From Candidatus Methylomirabilis limnetica (GTDB taxonomy: Bacteria > Methylomirabilota > Methylomirabilia > Methylomirabilales > Methylomirabilaceae), in assembly GCF_003044035.1 (NCBI RefSeq), contig NZ_NVQC01000009.1, forward strand, positions 30,001 to 62,000: a DNA stretch of 32,000 nt, in the 5' to 3' direction. The notes under the pieces are model-generated. The model was given only the letters and a program-made list of their open reading frames with translations. It ran no database searches and was not told the DNA's origin. Positions 18,084 to 26,283 of this stretch are shown one piece after another. Positions within the stretch are counted from its first letter, which is position 1, and every line of letters begins with the position of its first letter. Made by a program: the position numbers and the translations under genes.

Positions 18084-18129
18084 CCCCCACTATACTGTAT
18101 GAGGGTCCGTGAAGCTGCAGAAGTTAGGC

Positions 18130-18158
18130 TTGACTCGATCCCGCGTATTTCCTATACT
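18130..18158 (+). promoter_or_regulatory. Near-consensus sigma70-type promoter (TTGACT-17 nt-TATACT) upstream of glpX
   Basis: ttgact at 18130-35, a 17-nt spacer, then tatact at 18153-58. This predicts a ~155-nt leader containing hairpin 18205-18251 and heptamer array 18258-18292. Confidence 0.6.
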
Positions 18159-18204
18159 TCTATTGATTTTAGGGGTGTGGAGCGTGCCCGGTCTACGGCA
18201 CATG

Positions 18205-18251
18205 AAACCCCCCCAACCCCCCCCTTCGCAAAGGGGGGACACAGGGGGTTT
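18205..18251. repeat. Nested GC-rich palindrome (outer aaaccccc/gggggttt, inner cccccctt/aagggggg)
   Basis: Read directly from the sequence. Same compositional class as 9142-9166, 16353-16439 and 31496-31580. Confidence 0.8.
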
Positions 18252-18257
18252 GTCCGA

Positions 18258-18292
18258 GGCTGACCGCTGAGGGCTGATTGCCGAACGCTATT
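18258..18292. repeat. Degenerate heptamer array (GGCTGAC CGCTGAG GGCTGAT TGCCGAA CGCTATT)
   Basis: 7-nt periodicity of the GCTGA core, read directly. It lies in the glpX leader. Confidence 0.7.
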
Positions 18293-18319
18293 TTTTAAGG
18301 AATCGGGACGAGAGATATA

Positions 18320-19282
18320 ATGGACCGAAACCTGGCGCTTGAGTTGGTGCGGGCGACCGAAATGGCCGCTATTTCGTCAGCTCGCTGGATGGGGTTAGGC
18401 AATCCGAGCGCGGCTGAACAGGCTGCGATCGATGCAATGCGCCACGCCTTCGATAACATCAGCTTCACTGGTTCTATCGTTACTGGTGAGGGTGAGCGCG
18501 ACAAGGCGCCAACCCTCTATGTCGGAGAGATCCTTGGCCAGGGCGACGCTCCTGAGGTGGACGTAGCTCTTGACGCCGTTGAAAGCGGGACGATCGTGGC
18601 CCGTGGCCGTCCAAATGCCATCTCTGTTATTGCCGTCGCTGAGAAGGGGTCGCTGCGCCAGGTGCCGGATGCCCACATGGAAAAGATCGCCGTCGGGCCT
18701 AAGGCGGCTGGGGTGATCGACATCACCGCACCCCCTGAGAAGAATCTTCACGCCATCGCCGAAGCGATGAACTGTTCCGTGGAGGATCTCACGGTGGTCA
18801 TTCTTGACCGACCCCGTCATGCCGAACTGGTGAGACAGGTCCGTGGGGTCGGTGCGCGCATCAAACTCATTCATGATGGTGACCTCTCCGCTACTGTGGC
18901 TGTGGCGTTCGAAGGGACAGGCGTAGATGTCCTCATGGGGGTCGGGGGCGCGCGAGAAGGCGCGCTTGCGGCGACTGCGCTTCAGTGTATTGGGGGTGAC
19001 ATGCAGGGTCGCCTGAAGCCGCAGACGGAAGAGGAGGCAGAGCAAGCGCTGAGAATGGGGATCCGAGACCTGGATCAGGTATTTACGATCTCTGATCTAA
19101 CCGGAGGGGGAGAGCGCGACATTATGTTTGCCGCAACCGGGGTGACCGACGGTGATCTCCTGAAGGGGGTTCGCTTCTTCGGCGGAGGGGCCCAGACCCA
19201 CTCCCTCGTGATGCGCTCCAGTTCCGCGACCGTCCGCTTCATCGAGTCGACCCACCGTTTCGACCGGAAGCCGGTCTCATAG
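18320..19282 (+). CDS. glpX: Class II fructose-1,6-bisphosphatase (GlpX-type; possibly bifunctional FBP/SBPase)
   Basis: MDRNLALELVRATEMAAISSARWMGLGN...AA.DAMR.......F.G.IV.GEGERD.AP.LY.GE..G...PEVD.A.D..E.T...........I..A....L...PD.YMEKI.VG is the GlpX signature; 320 aa. Confidence 0.93.
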   Translation: MDRNLALELVRATEMAAISSARWMGLGNPSAAEQAAIDAMRHAFDNISFTGSIVTGEGERDKAPTLYVGEILGQGDAPEVDVALDAVESGTIVARGRPNAISVIAVAEKGSLRQVPDAHMEKIAVGPKAAGVIDITAPPEKNLHAIAEAMNCSVEDLTVVILDRPRHAELVRQVRGVGARIKLIHDGDLSATVAVAFEGTGVDVLMGVGGAREGALAATALQCIGGDMQGRLKPQTEEEAEQALRMGIRDLDQVFTISDLTGGGERDIMFAATGVTDGDLLKGVRFFGGGAQTHSLVMRSSSATVRFIESTHRFDRKPVS

Positions 19283-19304
19283 GCCCACGTTGAGTGTTGC
19301 ACTA

Positions 19305-19345
19305 ATCAGCTATCAGCTATCAGCCATCAGCTCCCAGCTACCAGC
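19305..19345. repeat. Heptamer array ATCAGCT ATCAGCT ATCAGCC ATCAGCT CCCAGCT ACCAGC abutting the hisS ATG
   Basis: Read directly. The last unit ends at the base before ATG 19346. There is no Shine-Dalgarno-like purine run. Confidence 0.95.
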
Positions 19346-20629
19346 ATGCAACTGAAAGGTGTGCGCGGGGCGCCTGACCTCTTGCCTCAAGAGTCCGCGA
19401 GGTGGCAGCGCGTCGAAGCGACAACGCGTTCTCTCCTACAGCGATACGGCTACGCGGAAATCCGGACCCCCGTCTTCGAGCGTACAGAGCTATTTGTCCG
19501 CGGCATCGGCGAGGGGACCGATATTGTCGAGAAAGAGATGTACACCTTCACCGATCAGGGTGAGGTCAATCTCACGCTTCGACCCGAAGGGACCGCGCCG
19601 GTTGTCCGGGCCTACCTCGAACACCAAATGGCCACCCAGTTCCCCTTCGTGAAGGTGTACTACCTCGGCCCGATGTTCCGTCGGGAACGGCCACAATCGG
19701 GACGATACCGGCAGTTCCACCAGATTGGCGTGGAGGCGATCGGCTCTCATCAGCCGGCGGTAGATGCGGAGGTCATCGATCTCCTCTGGGCGCTTATGGT
19801 GGAGGAGCTCCGGATTCCCGATCTGCAGCTTCGCCTCAACTCGATCGGTGACGCAGCTTGCCGGCCCACAATCCGAGATCGCCTCCTCCGCTACATGGCG
19901 GATCGGTCATCAGGCCTCTGCCATGATTGCCAGGGGAGGCTGACGCGCAATCCGCTCCGGATTATGGACTGCAAGCAGGCGGGCTGCCAGAGCCTGGTGG
20001 CGGAGGCGCCAAAGCCGATCGAGAGCCTGTGTGAAGCCTGCGCGGCGCACTTCGCCGAGGTTCGGAGTCTGCTGGATATCCTGAAGATCCCCTATACCAT
20101 CGATGATCGGCTGGTTCGTGGCCTTGAATACTACACGAAAACGGCCTTCGAGGTGATCAATCCCCGCCTTGGCGCTCAGAATGCTCTGGCCGGCGGCGGG
20201 CGCTTCGACGGCCTGATTGAGGCGATGGGCGGGCCCTCTACCCCAGGGATCGGCTTCGCGGTGGGACTGGAGCGGGTCATGGCCTCTCTTCCGTCAGCCT
20301 CAGACGAGGGCGCCCTGCATGGAGTCTACGTTGCCACCATAGGCCGAGAGGCGCAGCGGATCGGGATGGGGCTCTTGCAGGAGCTGCGTCGTCGTGGCAT
20401 GAGAGGCCTGATGGATCTCGAAGCGCGCAGCCTCAAGGGGCAGATGCGCCAGGCGAATAAGGAGCGGGTCCGGTACTGTGTGATCCTTGGCGAAGATGAG
20501 CTCAGGCAAGGTCAGGTGATGCTGCGGGATATGGTGAAAGCTGACCAGGGCTCAGTTGCGCTGGAGCAGATTGTCGAGCATCTGGTGGGACTGGAGGCGG
20601 TGTGTGAGCGCGAGCATGGGACTCCTTAA
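19346..20629 (+). CDS. hisS: Histidine--tRNA ligase
   Basis: ...GVRGAPDLLPQESARWQRVE...RYGY.EIRTPVFE.TELF.RGIGE.TDIVEKEMYTF.D.....L.LRPEGTA.V.RAY.EH.......KVYY.GPMFR.ERPQ.GRYRQFHQ.GVE. These are class II motifs. Confidence 0.96.
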   Translation: MQLKGVRGAPDLLPQESARWQRVEATTRSLLQRYGYAEIRTPVFERTELFVRGIGEGTDIVEKEMYTFTDQGEVNLTLRPEGTAPVVRAYLEHQMATQFPFVKVYYLGPMFRRERPQSGRYRQFHQIGVEAIGSHQPAVDAEVIDLLWALMVEELRIPDLQLRLNSIGDAACRPTIRDRLLRYMADRSSGLCHDCQGRLTRNPLRIMDCKQAGCQSLVAEAPKPIESLCEACAAHFAEVRSLLDILKIPYTIDDRLVRGLEYYTKTAFEVINPRLGAQNALAGGGRFDGLIEAMGGPSTPGIGFAVGLERVMASLPSASDEGALHGVYVATIGREAQRIGMGLLQELRRRGMRGLMDLEARSLKGQMRQANKERVRYCVILGEDELRQGQVMLRDMVKADQGSVALEQIVEHLVGLEAVCEREHGTP

Positions 20630-22400
20630 GCGGACGGAATACTGCGGTCTGTTGGGCCCGCAGCACGTGGGGGAGCCCGTGGTGCTGATGGGCTGGGTGC
20701 ATCGACGACGTGACCACGGCGGTCTCATCTTTATCGATCTTCGGGATCGCGAAGGGGTTGCCCAGACGGTCTTCAACCCCGAGTTTCACCCGGAGGCCCA
20801 TGAGGTAGCCCACCGGATGCGCGCCGAATTTGTGGTGGCGATTCGCGGCAGGGTCCAGGCGCGCCCGCCGGGTACCGTGAATACCGCGCTTCCCAGCGGG
20901 GCTATTGAGGTCGTGGTAGAGGAGGCGCAGATCCTCAATGAGGCCAAACCGCCAGTCTTTCCGATTGAGGAGCAGACTGACGTGGCTGAGGAGACTCGGC
21001 TGACGTATCGGTACCTGGACCTCCGTCGCCCTTCGATGCTGCGCAACCTGCGCCTGCGTCACAAGGTGTCACAAGCCATCCGCGGCTATCTGGATCGACA
21101 CGGATTTGTTGAGGTGGAGACCCCCATGCTGACCCGGAGCACGCCAGAGGGGGCCCGGGACTATCTGGTCCCGAGTCGACTGAATCCCGGAGAGTTCTAC
21201 GCCCTGCCGCAGTCGCCCCAGCTCTTCAAACAGCTCCTCATGGTCGCAGGGATGGATCGGTACTATCAGATCGTCAGGTGCTTTAGGGACGAGGATCTGC
21301 GGGCTGACCGACAGCCGGAGTTTACCCAGATCGACATGGAGCTGTCGTTTGTGGATCGAGAGGATGTGCTTGAGGTGACGGAAGGGCTGGTGGCGGCACT
21401 CTTTGAAGCAGCCGGCAAGCCTTCCCTGCCCAGACCCTTTCCGCGACTCACGTACGCCGAGGCCATCGACCGGTTTGGTCTCGATGCACCGGACACCCGA
21501 TTCGGAATGGAACTTGCCGATTTGACCGAGATGTTGCGCGGGGTCGAGGCAAAGGCGTTCGCCGAGCCGATTGCGCAAGGCGGCGCGGTGAAGGGGATGA
21601 ACGTCAAAGGGTGCGGCTCATTCTCCAGGACGCAGATCGATGGGCTGGTTGAATGTGCGAAGGGGTTTGGGGCCAAGGGCCTGGCCTGGTTCAAGGTTTC
21701 CGCAGATGGGATCCAGTCACCCCTGGCCAAGTTCCTCGGGCCGACGATCCTCAAACGCCTTGCTGAGCGACTGAACGGGGAGGCAGGGGATCTCCTGTTG
21801 CTGATTGCCGATCAGCCGATGACGGCGGCCGGGGCGCTGGGACGTCTTCGGGTCAAATTGGGTCGTGAGTTGAAGCTGATCGATGAGAGCGCGCTTGCGG
21901 TCACCTGGGTCATCGACTTCCCACTCCTTGAATACAATCCCGAACAAGGGCGGTGGCAGGCGATGCATCACCCCTTTACATCGCCGCTGGACGAGGATCT
22001 GCCGCTCCTTGGCGACGATCCCGGAAAGGTCCGCGCCAAGGCCTATGACCTGGTCGTGAACGGGCAGGAGCTGGGCGGCGGCAGCATCAGGATCCACCGC
22101 CGGGATGTCCAGAGTCAGATGTTCGCCGCCTTGGGGATCGGTGAGGATGAGGCGAGGGCCAAGTTCGGGTTTCTCCTGGAGGCGCTTGAGTACGGCGCCC
22201 CACCCCACGGCGGGATCGCCTTCGGCTTGGATCGGATCATCGCGCTGCTTGCTGGGGCCACCTCTATTCGGGACGTCATCGCCTTTCCCAAGACCCAAAA
22301 GGCGCAAGATCTGATGACGAAGGCCCCCTCGTCTGTCGACTCGAGGCAGCTTAGGGATCTGAAGATCAAGCTGGATCTTGATGTAAAGGGCAGCCCTTAG
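20616..22400 (+). CDS. aspS: Aspartate--tRNA ligase (bacterial type; discriminating or not cannot be told from sequence alone)
   Basis: MGLLKRTEYCGLLGPQHVGEPVVLMGWVHRRRDHGGLIFIDLRDREG... (compare the E. coli N-terminus MRTEYCG), ...FYALPQSPQLFKQLLM..G.DRYYQI.RCFRDEDLRADRQPEFTQID.E...GGGSIRIH. It overlaps the hisS 3' end. GTG 20604 (6 nt after ggagg) is an alternative start. Confidence 0.95.
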   Translation: MGLLKRTEYCGLLGPQHVGEPVVLMGWVHRRRDHGGLIFIDLRDREGVAQTVFNPEFHPEAHEVAHRMRAEFVVAIRGRVQARPPGTVNTALPSGAIEVVVEEAQILNEAKPPVFPIEEQTDVAEETRLTYRYLDLRRPSMLRNLRLRHKVSQAIRGYLDRHGFVEVETPMLTRSTPEGARDYLVPSRLNPGEFYALPQSPQLFKQLLMVAGMDRYYQIVRCFRDEDLRADRQPEFTQIDMELSFVDREDVLEVTEGLVAALFEAAGKPSLPRPFPRLTYAEAIDRFGLDAPDTRFGMELADLTEMLRGVEAKAFAEPIAQGGAVKGMNVKGCGSFSRTQIDGLVECAKGFGAKGLAWFKVSADGIQSPLAKFLGPTILKRLAERLNGEAGDLLLLIADQPMTAAGALGRLRVKLGRELKLIDESALAVTWVIDFPLLEYNPEQGRWQAMHHPFTSPLDEDLPLLGDDPGKVRAKAYDLVVNGQELGGGSIRIHRRDVQSQMFAALGIGEDEARAKFGFLLEALEYGAPPHGGIAFGLDRIIALLAGATSIRDVIAFPKTQKAQDLMTKAPSSVDSRQLRDLKIKLDLDVKGSP

Positions 22401-22440
22401 CTGTCAGCGTTCAGCAATGAGCTGACTGCTGATAGCCGAG
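22399..22440. repeat. Inverted degenerate heptamer arrays forming a 16-bp (13/16) hairpin immediately after the aspS stop
   Basis: gctgtcagcgttcagc (22400-15) / loop aatga / gctgactgctgatagc (22421-36). The left arm is nearly identical to 5306-5321 in the atpG-atpD junction. Confidence 0.85.
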
Positions 22441-22457
22441 TGATAATCAAGGAGCAG

Positions 22458-23435
22458 ATGCAACCGGAGCACAAGGTCTCCCTGTCCATCGGGGAAGAGA
22501 TCCAGCAGCTTTTTGGTCGCAAGGACGAGATCAGGAAGCTCATCGAAGAGGCGTTGCAGGTCAAGCTGGTCGCGCGAGATGGACTCGTGAGCATCCATGG
22601 TGAGGCTTCAGCTGTGGCCGTCGGAGAGCAGGTTGTAGCGGAGCTGATCTCGGTGCTGACGCGCGGCGAGCGTGTAACCCCTCAGGATGTGAAGCTGGCC
22701 CTGCGTCTCTTCATCAAGCAAGAGAAGGAGGAGTTCAGACAGATCCAGGGTGAGAGCATCGAGGTTTCGCCAAAGAAGCGGCCGGTCCGGCCAAAGGGCC
22801 CCGGCCAGCGAAGCTACATCGAAGCCGTCCGCCAGCACGACATCGTCTTCGCCATAGGGCCGGCCGGGACCGGTAAGACGTATCTGGCTATGGCCATGGC
22901 CGTGTCAGCCCTCCTGAGGCACGAGGTCAACCGGATCATCTTGACCAGGCCCGCCGTGGAGGCGGGGGAAAAGTTGGGTTTCCTTCCAGGGACGCTCTAT
23001 GACAAAATCAACCCCTACCTTCGGCCCCTGTACGATGCGCTCTACGATATGGTTGAGATGGAGCGCGTCACCCGTATGATTGAGATGGGCACCATCGAGA
23101 TTGCCCCCCTGGCCTTCATGCGAGGTCGAACCCTGAACGATGCGTTCATCGTGCTGGACGAAGCCCAGAATACGACCTCAGAGCAGATGAAGATGTTTCT
23201 GACGCGCCTTGGCTTTGGTTCAAAGGCCGTCATCACGGGGGACATTACCCAGGTCGATCTGCCGACCGGTAGACTTTCCGGCCTAATCGAGGTTCAGCGC
23301 ATCCTGAAAGGGGTCGAGGGGATCAATTTCGCCTATTTCGGCGAGGAGGACGTGGTGCGACACGAGTTGGTACAGCAGATTGTCAGGGCCTACGAAGCGT
23401 ACCAGGCCGCCACCCTACCAGCCGAGGGGCGATAG
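22458..23435 (+). CDS. PhoH-family ATPase (YbeZ-like)
   Basis: ...P.GPGQRSYIEAV..HDIVFAIGPAGTGKTYLAMAMAV..L......RIILTRPAVEAGEKLGFLPG....K..PYLRPLYDAL......IEIAPLAFMRGRTL.DAFI.LDEAQN.T..QMKMFLTRLG..SK.VITGD.TQ.DLP. ATG 22458 follows aaggag. The tracked ORF starts at GTG 22440. Confidence 0.94.
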   Translation: MQPEHKVSLSIGEEIQQLFGRKDEIRKLIEEALQVKLVARDGLVSIHGEASAVAVGEQVVAELISVLTRGERVTPQDVKLALRLFIKQEKEEFRQIQGESIEVSPKKRPVRPKGPGQRSYIEAVRQHDIVFAIGPAGTGKTYLAMAMAVSALLRHEVNRIILTRPAVEAGEKLGFLPGTLYDKINPYLRPLYDALYDMVEMERVTRMIEMGTIEIAPLAFMRGRTLNDAFIVLDEAQNTTSEQMKMFLTRLGFGSKAVITGDITQVDLPTGRLSGLIEVQRILKGVEGINFAYFGEEDVVRHELVQQIVRAYEAYQAATLPAEGR

Positions 23436-23542
23436 GAGGGCGTTAGAGGAGAGTTTCGTTCGGGTTCTTTGCGGTATTACCACCGACGGGTGGAGTATGT
23501 GGGGATTCGCCTTTAAGGAGTCTGCCGGTAGAAGGGGGGCGA

Positions 23543-23989
23543 ATGGCACTACAGGTCATAAACCGACAAAGGAAGATCGGCCTCGACACGAAATTTCTAA
23601 AAAAAGTCGGGCAGGCTACCTTGGCTACAGTAGGGGTTGAAGACGCGGAGTGCGAACTGTTGGTGGTGGGCGACCGGACCATGGCCCGCCTGAACCAGCA
23701 GTATCGGGGAATAGCCCACAGTACTGACGTCCTGTCATTTGCGATGCGTGAAGGGCCGTTTGCGTCGATCTCGCCGAATCTACTCGGGGACGTGGTGATC
23801 TCGGCTGACACGGCCGATCGACAGGCTGCAGCGGCGGGCCACTCTCTGCAAGACGAGTTGGTCGCGCTCCTGATCCATGGTATCCTACACCTCCTCGGCT
23901 ATGACCATCAGATACCATCTGAGGCGAAGAGAATGAAAAGGCTCGAAAGGCAGCTCGGTGCCCCGTTCATTGAGATGGAAGGTGGATGA
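23543..23989 (+). CDS. ybeY: rRNA maturation endoribonuclease YbeY
   Basis: Metal-binding motif HGILHLLGYDH, and ...TDVLSF......LGDVVIS....... It sits in the conserved phoH-ybeY-dgkA-era context. Confidence 0.93.
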   Translation: MALQVINRQRKIGLDTKFLKKVGQATLATVGVEDAECELLVVGDRTMARLNQQYRGIAHSTDVLSFAMREGPFASISPNLLGDVVISADTADRQAAAAGHSLQDELVALLIHGILHLLGYDHQIPSEAKRMKRLERQLGAPFIEMEGG

Positions 23990-24474
23990 GCGTTGTGGAC
24001 TCGTTGAATCCGTTTCGCTGCGCGCTTGAAGGGATCGCAGATGCACTCTCGACGCAACGGCACCTGCGCATCCATGTCGTTGTGGCTGGCTTCGTCGCGC
24101 TGTTCGGGCTGCTGCTAGGGTTGCCGTATGTCGATCTCCTCCTGCTGCTCATGGCCATTGCGCTTGTCGTCATCACAGAGCTCCTCAATACTGCAGTGGA
24201 GTTGACCGTGGACCTCGCATCGCCCGGCGTGAGCTCGATCGCGAGACGGGCAAAGGACACCGCGGCCGGCGCAGTCCTGATCGCGGCTCTGGTCTCGGCT
24301 GCTATCGGCATTATCATTCTTGCGCCTCCCCTGTTTCGCGTCCTCGTCGCAAGTCCATTTTCAGCAAAGTCGGCTATGCTGGCGGTAACCGCCCTCGGGT
24401 TGGGGGGAAGCATTGTCACCGCACTGTTGCCGCGCCGCTCCAGGCAGAACCCATTCCAGCGAATTAACCTCTAA
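23986..24474 (+). CDS. Diacylglycerol kinase family (prokaryotic DAGK/undecaprenol kinase type) membrane protein
   Basis: ...HLRIHVVVAGFVALFGLLLGL......LLLLMAIALVVITELLNTAVELTVDL......IARRAKDTAAGAVL shows 3 TM helices and the E..NTA.E..VD motif. ATGA overlap with ybeY. Confidence 0.85.
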   Translation: MSVVDSLNPFRCALEGIADALSTQRHLRIHVVVAGFVALFGLLLGLPYVDLLLLLMAIALVVITELLNTAVELTVDLASPGVSSIARRAKDTAAGAVLIAALVSAAIGIIILAPPLFRVLVASPFSAKSAMLAVTALGLGGSIVTALLPRRSRQNPFQRINL

Positions 24475-24480
24475 GCAAAG

Positions 24481-25419
24481 ATGACCATCGAATCGAGGCC
24501 GCAAATCACCGGGGGGTTGGATGTGAACAGTTATAAATCCGGCTTCATTGCCATTGTTGGACGTCCCAACGTGGGAAAGTCGACCCTTATGAATCGCCTG
24601 CTGGGACAGAAAGTTTCAATCGTGTCTCCGAGACCGCAGACGACAAGGGCAAAAATTATGGGGATCAAGAGCTTACCTGGAGCGCAATTGATCTTCCTGG
24701 ACACGCCAGGGATCGACAAGTCGGGCGGGTACTTTCACCGGCTGATGGTGAAGACGGCCACGAACACCCTGGAGGGGGTTGACTTAATCCTCTGGATGGT
24801 GGAAGCCCCCGATCCGCTCTCCCATGACGACAAGCTGATCCTGGAGATCATGATGAGTGTCAAGCTCCCGATCCTTCTCGCCATCAATAAGGTCGATCTT
24901 GTTGAGAAAGAAAGGCTGCTGCCCACGATCGATCGCTTTCGAACACTGCTGCCATTTGCCGAGATCGTTCCCATCTCCGCCGTTGAAGGTGACAATGTTG
25001 CGCTCCTTGAGTCGCTGCTGATCCAATACCTCCCGGAGGGACAGCCCCTTTATCCCCTTGATCAGGTAACTGACCAACCCGAGCGGTTCATCATCGCAGA
25101 GATGATCCGCGAGCGGGTCTTCCGCTCGGTCTACCAGGAGGTGCCGTATGCGGTGGCCGTTTTGGTAGAGCAGGTGAGGGCGCGAGAGGGGCGAGCGCTC
25201 ACCGACGTCGAGGCGACCATTTATGTCGAGAAGGATTCGCAGAAAGCGATCATAATCGGTCGTGGTGGGGCAATGTTGAAGAAAATCGGGGAGTTAACCA
25301 GGCCGGAGATCGAGAGGCTGCTCGGCACCCAGATTTTCTTGAAGTTGTGGGTCAAGGTTCGCAGTGACTGGCAGACGGATGATGATGAGCTGAAGCGGCT
25401 TGGCTATCTGCAACCGTAA
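24481..25419 (+). CDS. era: GTPase Era
   Basis: KSGFIAIVGRPNVGKSTLMN.L.GQK.SI.S..PQTTR......I.......Q.IF.DTPG....NK.D.. with a C-terminal KH domain (...VEKDSQKAIIIGRGGAMLKKIG...). Confidence 0.96.
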   Translation: MTIESRPQITGGLDVNSYKSGFIAIVGRPNVGKSTLMNRLLGQKVSIVSPRPQTTRAKIMGIKSLPGAQLIFLDTPGIDKSGGYFHRLMVKTATNTLEGVDLILWMVEAPDPLSHDDKLILEIMMSVKLPILLAINKVDLVEKERLLPTIDRFRTLLPFAEIVPISAVEGDNVALLESLLIQYLPEGQPLYPLDQVTDQPERFIIAEMIRERVFRSVYQEVPYAVAVLVEQVRAREGRALTDVEATIYVEKDSQKAIIIGRGGAMLKKIGELTRPEIERLLGTQIFLKLWVKVRSDWQTDDDELKRLGYLQP

Positions 25420-25472
25420 AAGTGCCAAGTTCTATGACATAGGCTGCCACACTCGACAAGCTCTTTGATCTC

Positions 25473-25507
25473 GAACCTTGAACCTTGAACCTTGAACCTT
25501 GAACGTG
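25473..25507. repeat. Heptamer array GAACCTT x4 + GAACGTG ending 4 nt before the recO ATG
   Basis: gaacctt occurs at 25473, 25480, 25487 and 25494, and gaacgtg at 25501. There is no SD before ATG 25512. Confidence 0.95.
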
Positions 25508-25511
25508 AAAC

Positions 25512-26261
25512 ATGCCTTTACATACAACCGAAGCGATTGTGATTGGCGGACACAATCTTGGCGAAGCAGATCGGATTATTCCGTTCTTCACGAGACAACT
25601 GGGAAAGGTTCGGGCAGTTGCTCGTGGGGCAAGGCGGATTCGTAGCCGATATGGCGGGAGCCTCGAGCTGTTCACGCTCGGGCAACTCGTCTTCTTCGAG
25701 TTGCCTAATCGAACCCTCCACAAGATCAACGAGTTCTCTGCTGTCGAGCCGTTCGCTGAGCTCAAAGCGGATCTGGGGAGGCTGGGTCGGGGAGCCTACC
25801 TCGTGGAGTTGGCAGGTGCATCTGTCGAGGAGGCGGAGCCAAACGAGGAGATCTTCCTCCTGCTTCGGGATGCTCTTACGCTGCTCGTCTTACATGATGA
25901 CCCGCGACTTCTCAGAGCCTTTGAAATCCGCCTCCTCAGAATTGTCGGATACCTTTTGGAGCTCTATCGCTGCCTGATATGCCGGTCTACGCTAGAGCAC
26001 AGTGCTGAGCCCGCTATCAGCCCAACCCGCGGTGGGCTGGTCTGTTCCAGATGTCGGCCACGAGCGCAAGACAGCTTATCCATCTCATTGGAATCATTGG
26101 GATTTCTACGCTCGGCCCTGCATGGCGGACTGGAACAGTCGCTTACCTCGCCTCTTGTCCATCCTCACACTACTAGCCTTCAAGAGGTCTTGAGGGTGTG
26201 CATTGCGCACTTTTTCGGTAAAAGACTTCGGTCCCTTGCCTTCCTAAGCCTCGTTGAATAG
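25512..26261 (+). CDS. recO: DNA repair protein RecO
   Basis: The N-terminal OB region reads TEAIVIGGHNLGEADRIIPFFTRQLGKVRAVARGARR.RS......LELFT.G. The zinc motif is C.IC...(x)...GGLVCSRC. It sits in the position typical after era. Confidence 0.9.
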   Translation: MPLHTTEAIVIGGHNLGEADRIIPFFTRQLGKVRAVARGARRIRSRYGGSLELFTLGQLVFFELPNRTLHKINEFSAVEPFAELKADLGRLGRGAYLVELAGASVEEAEPNEEIFLLLRDALTLLVLHDDPRLLRAFEIRLLRIVGYLLELYRCLICRSTLEHSAEPAISPTRGGLVCSRCRPRAQDSLSISLESLGFLRSALHGGLEQSLTSPLVHPHTTSLQEVLRVCIAHFFGKRLRSLAFLSLVE

Positions 26262-26283
26262 GGCGTTAGTGGAGGAGGTGTAG

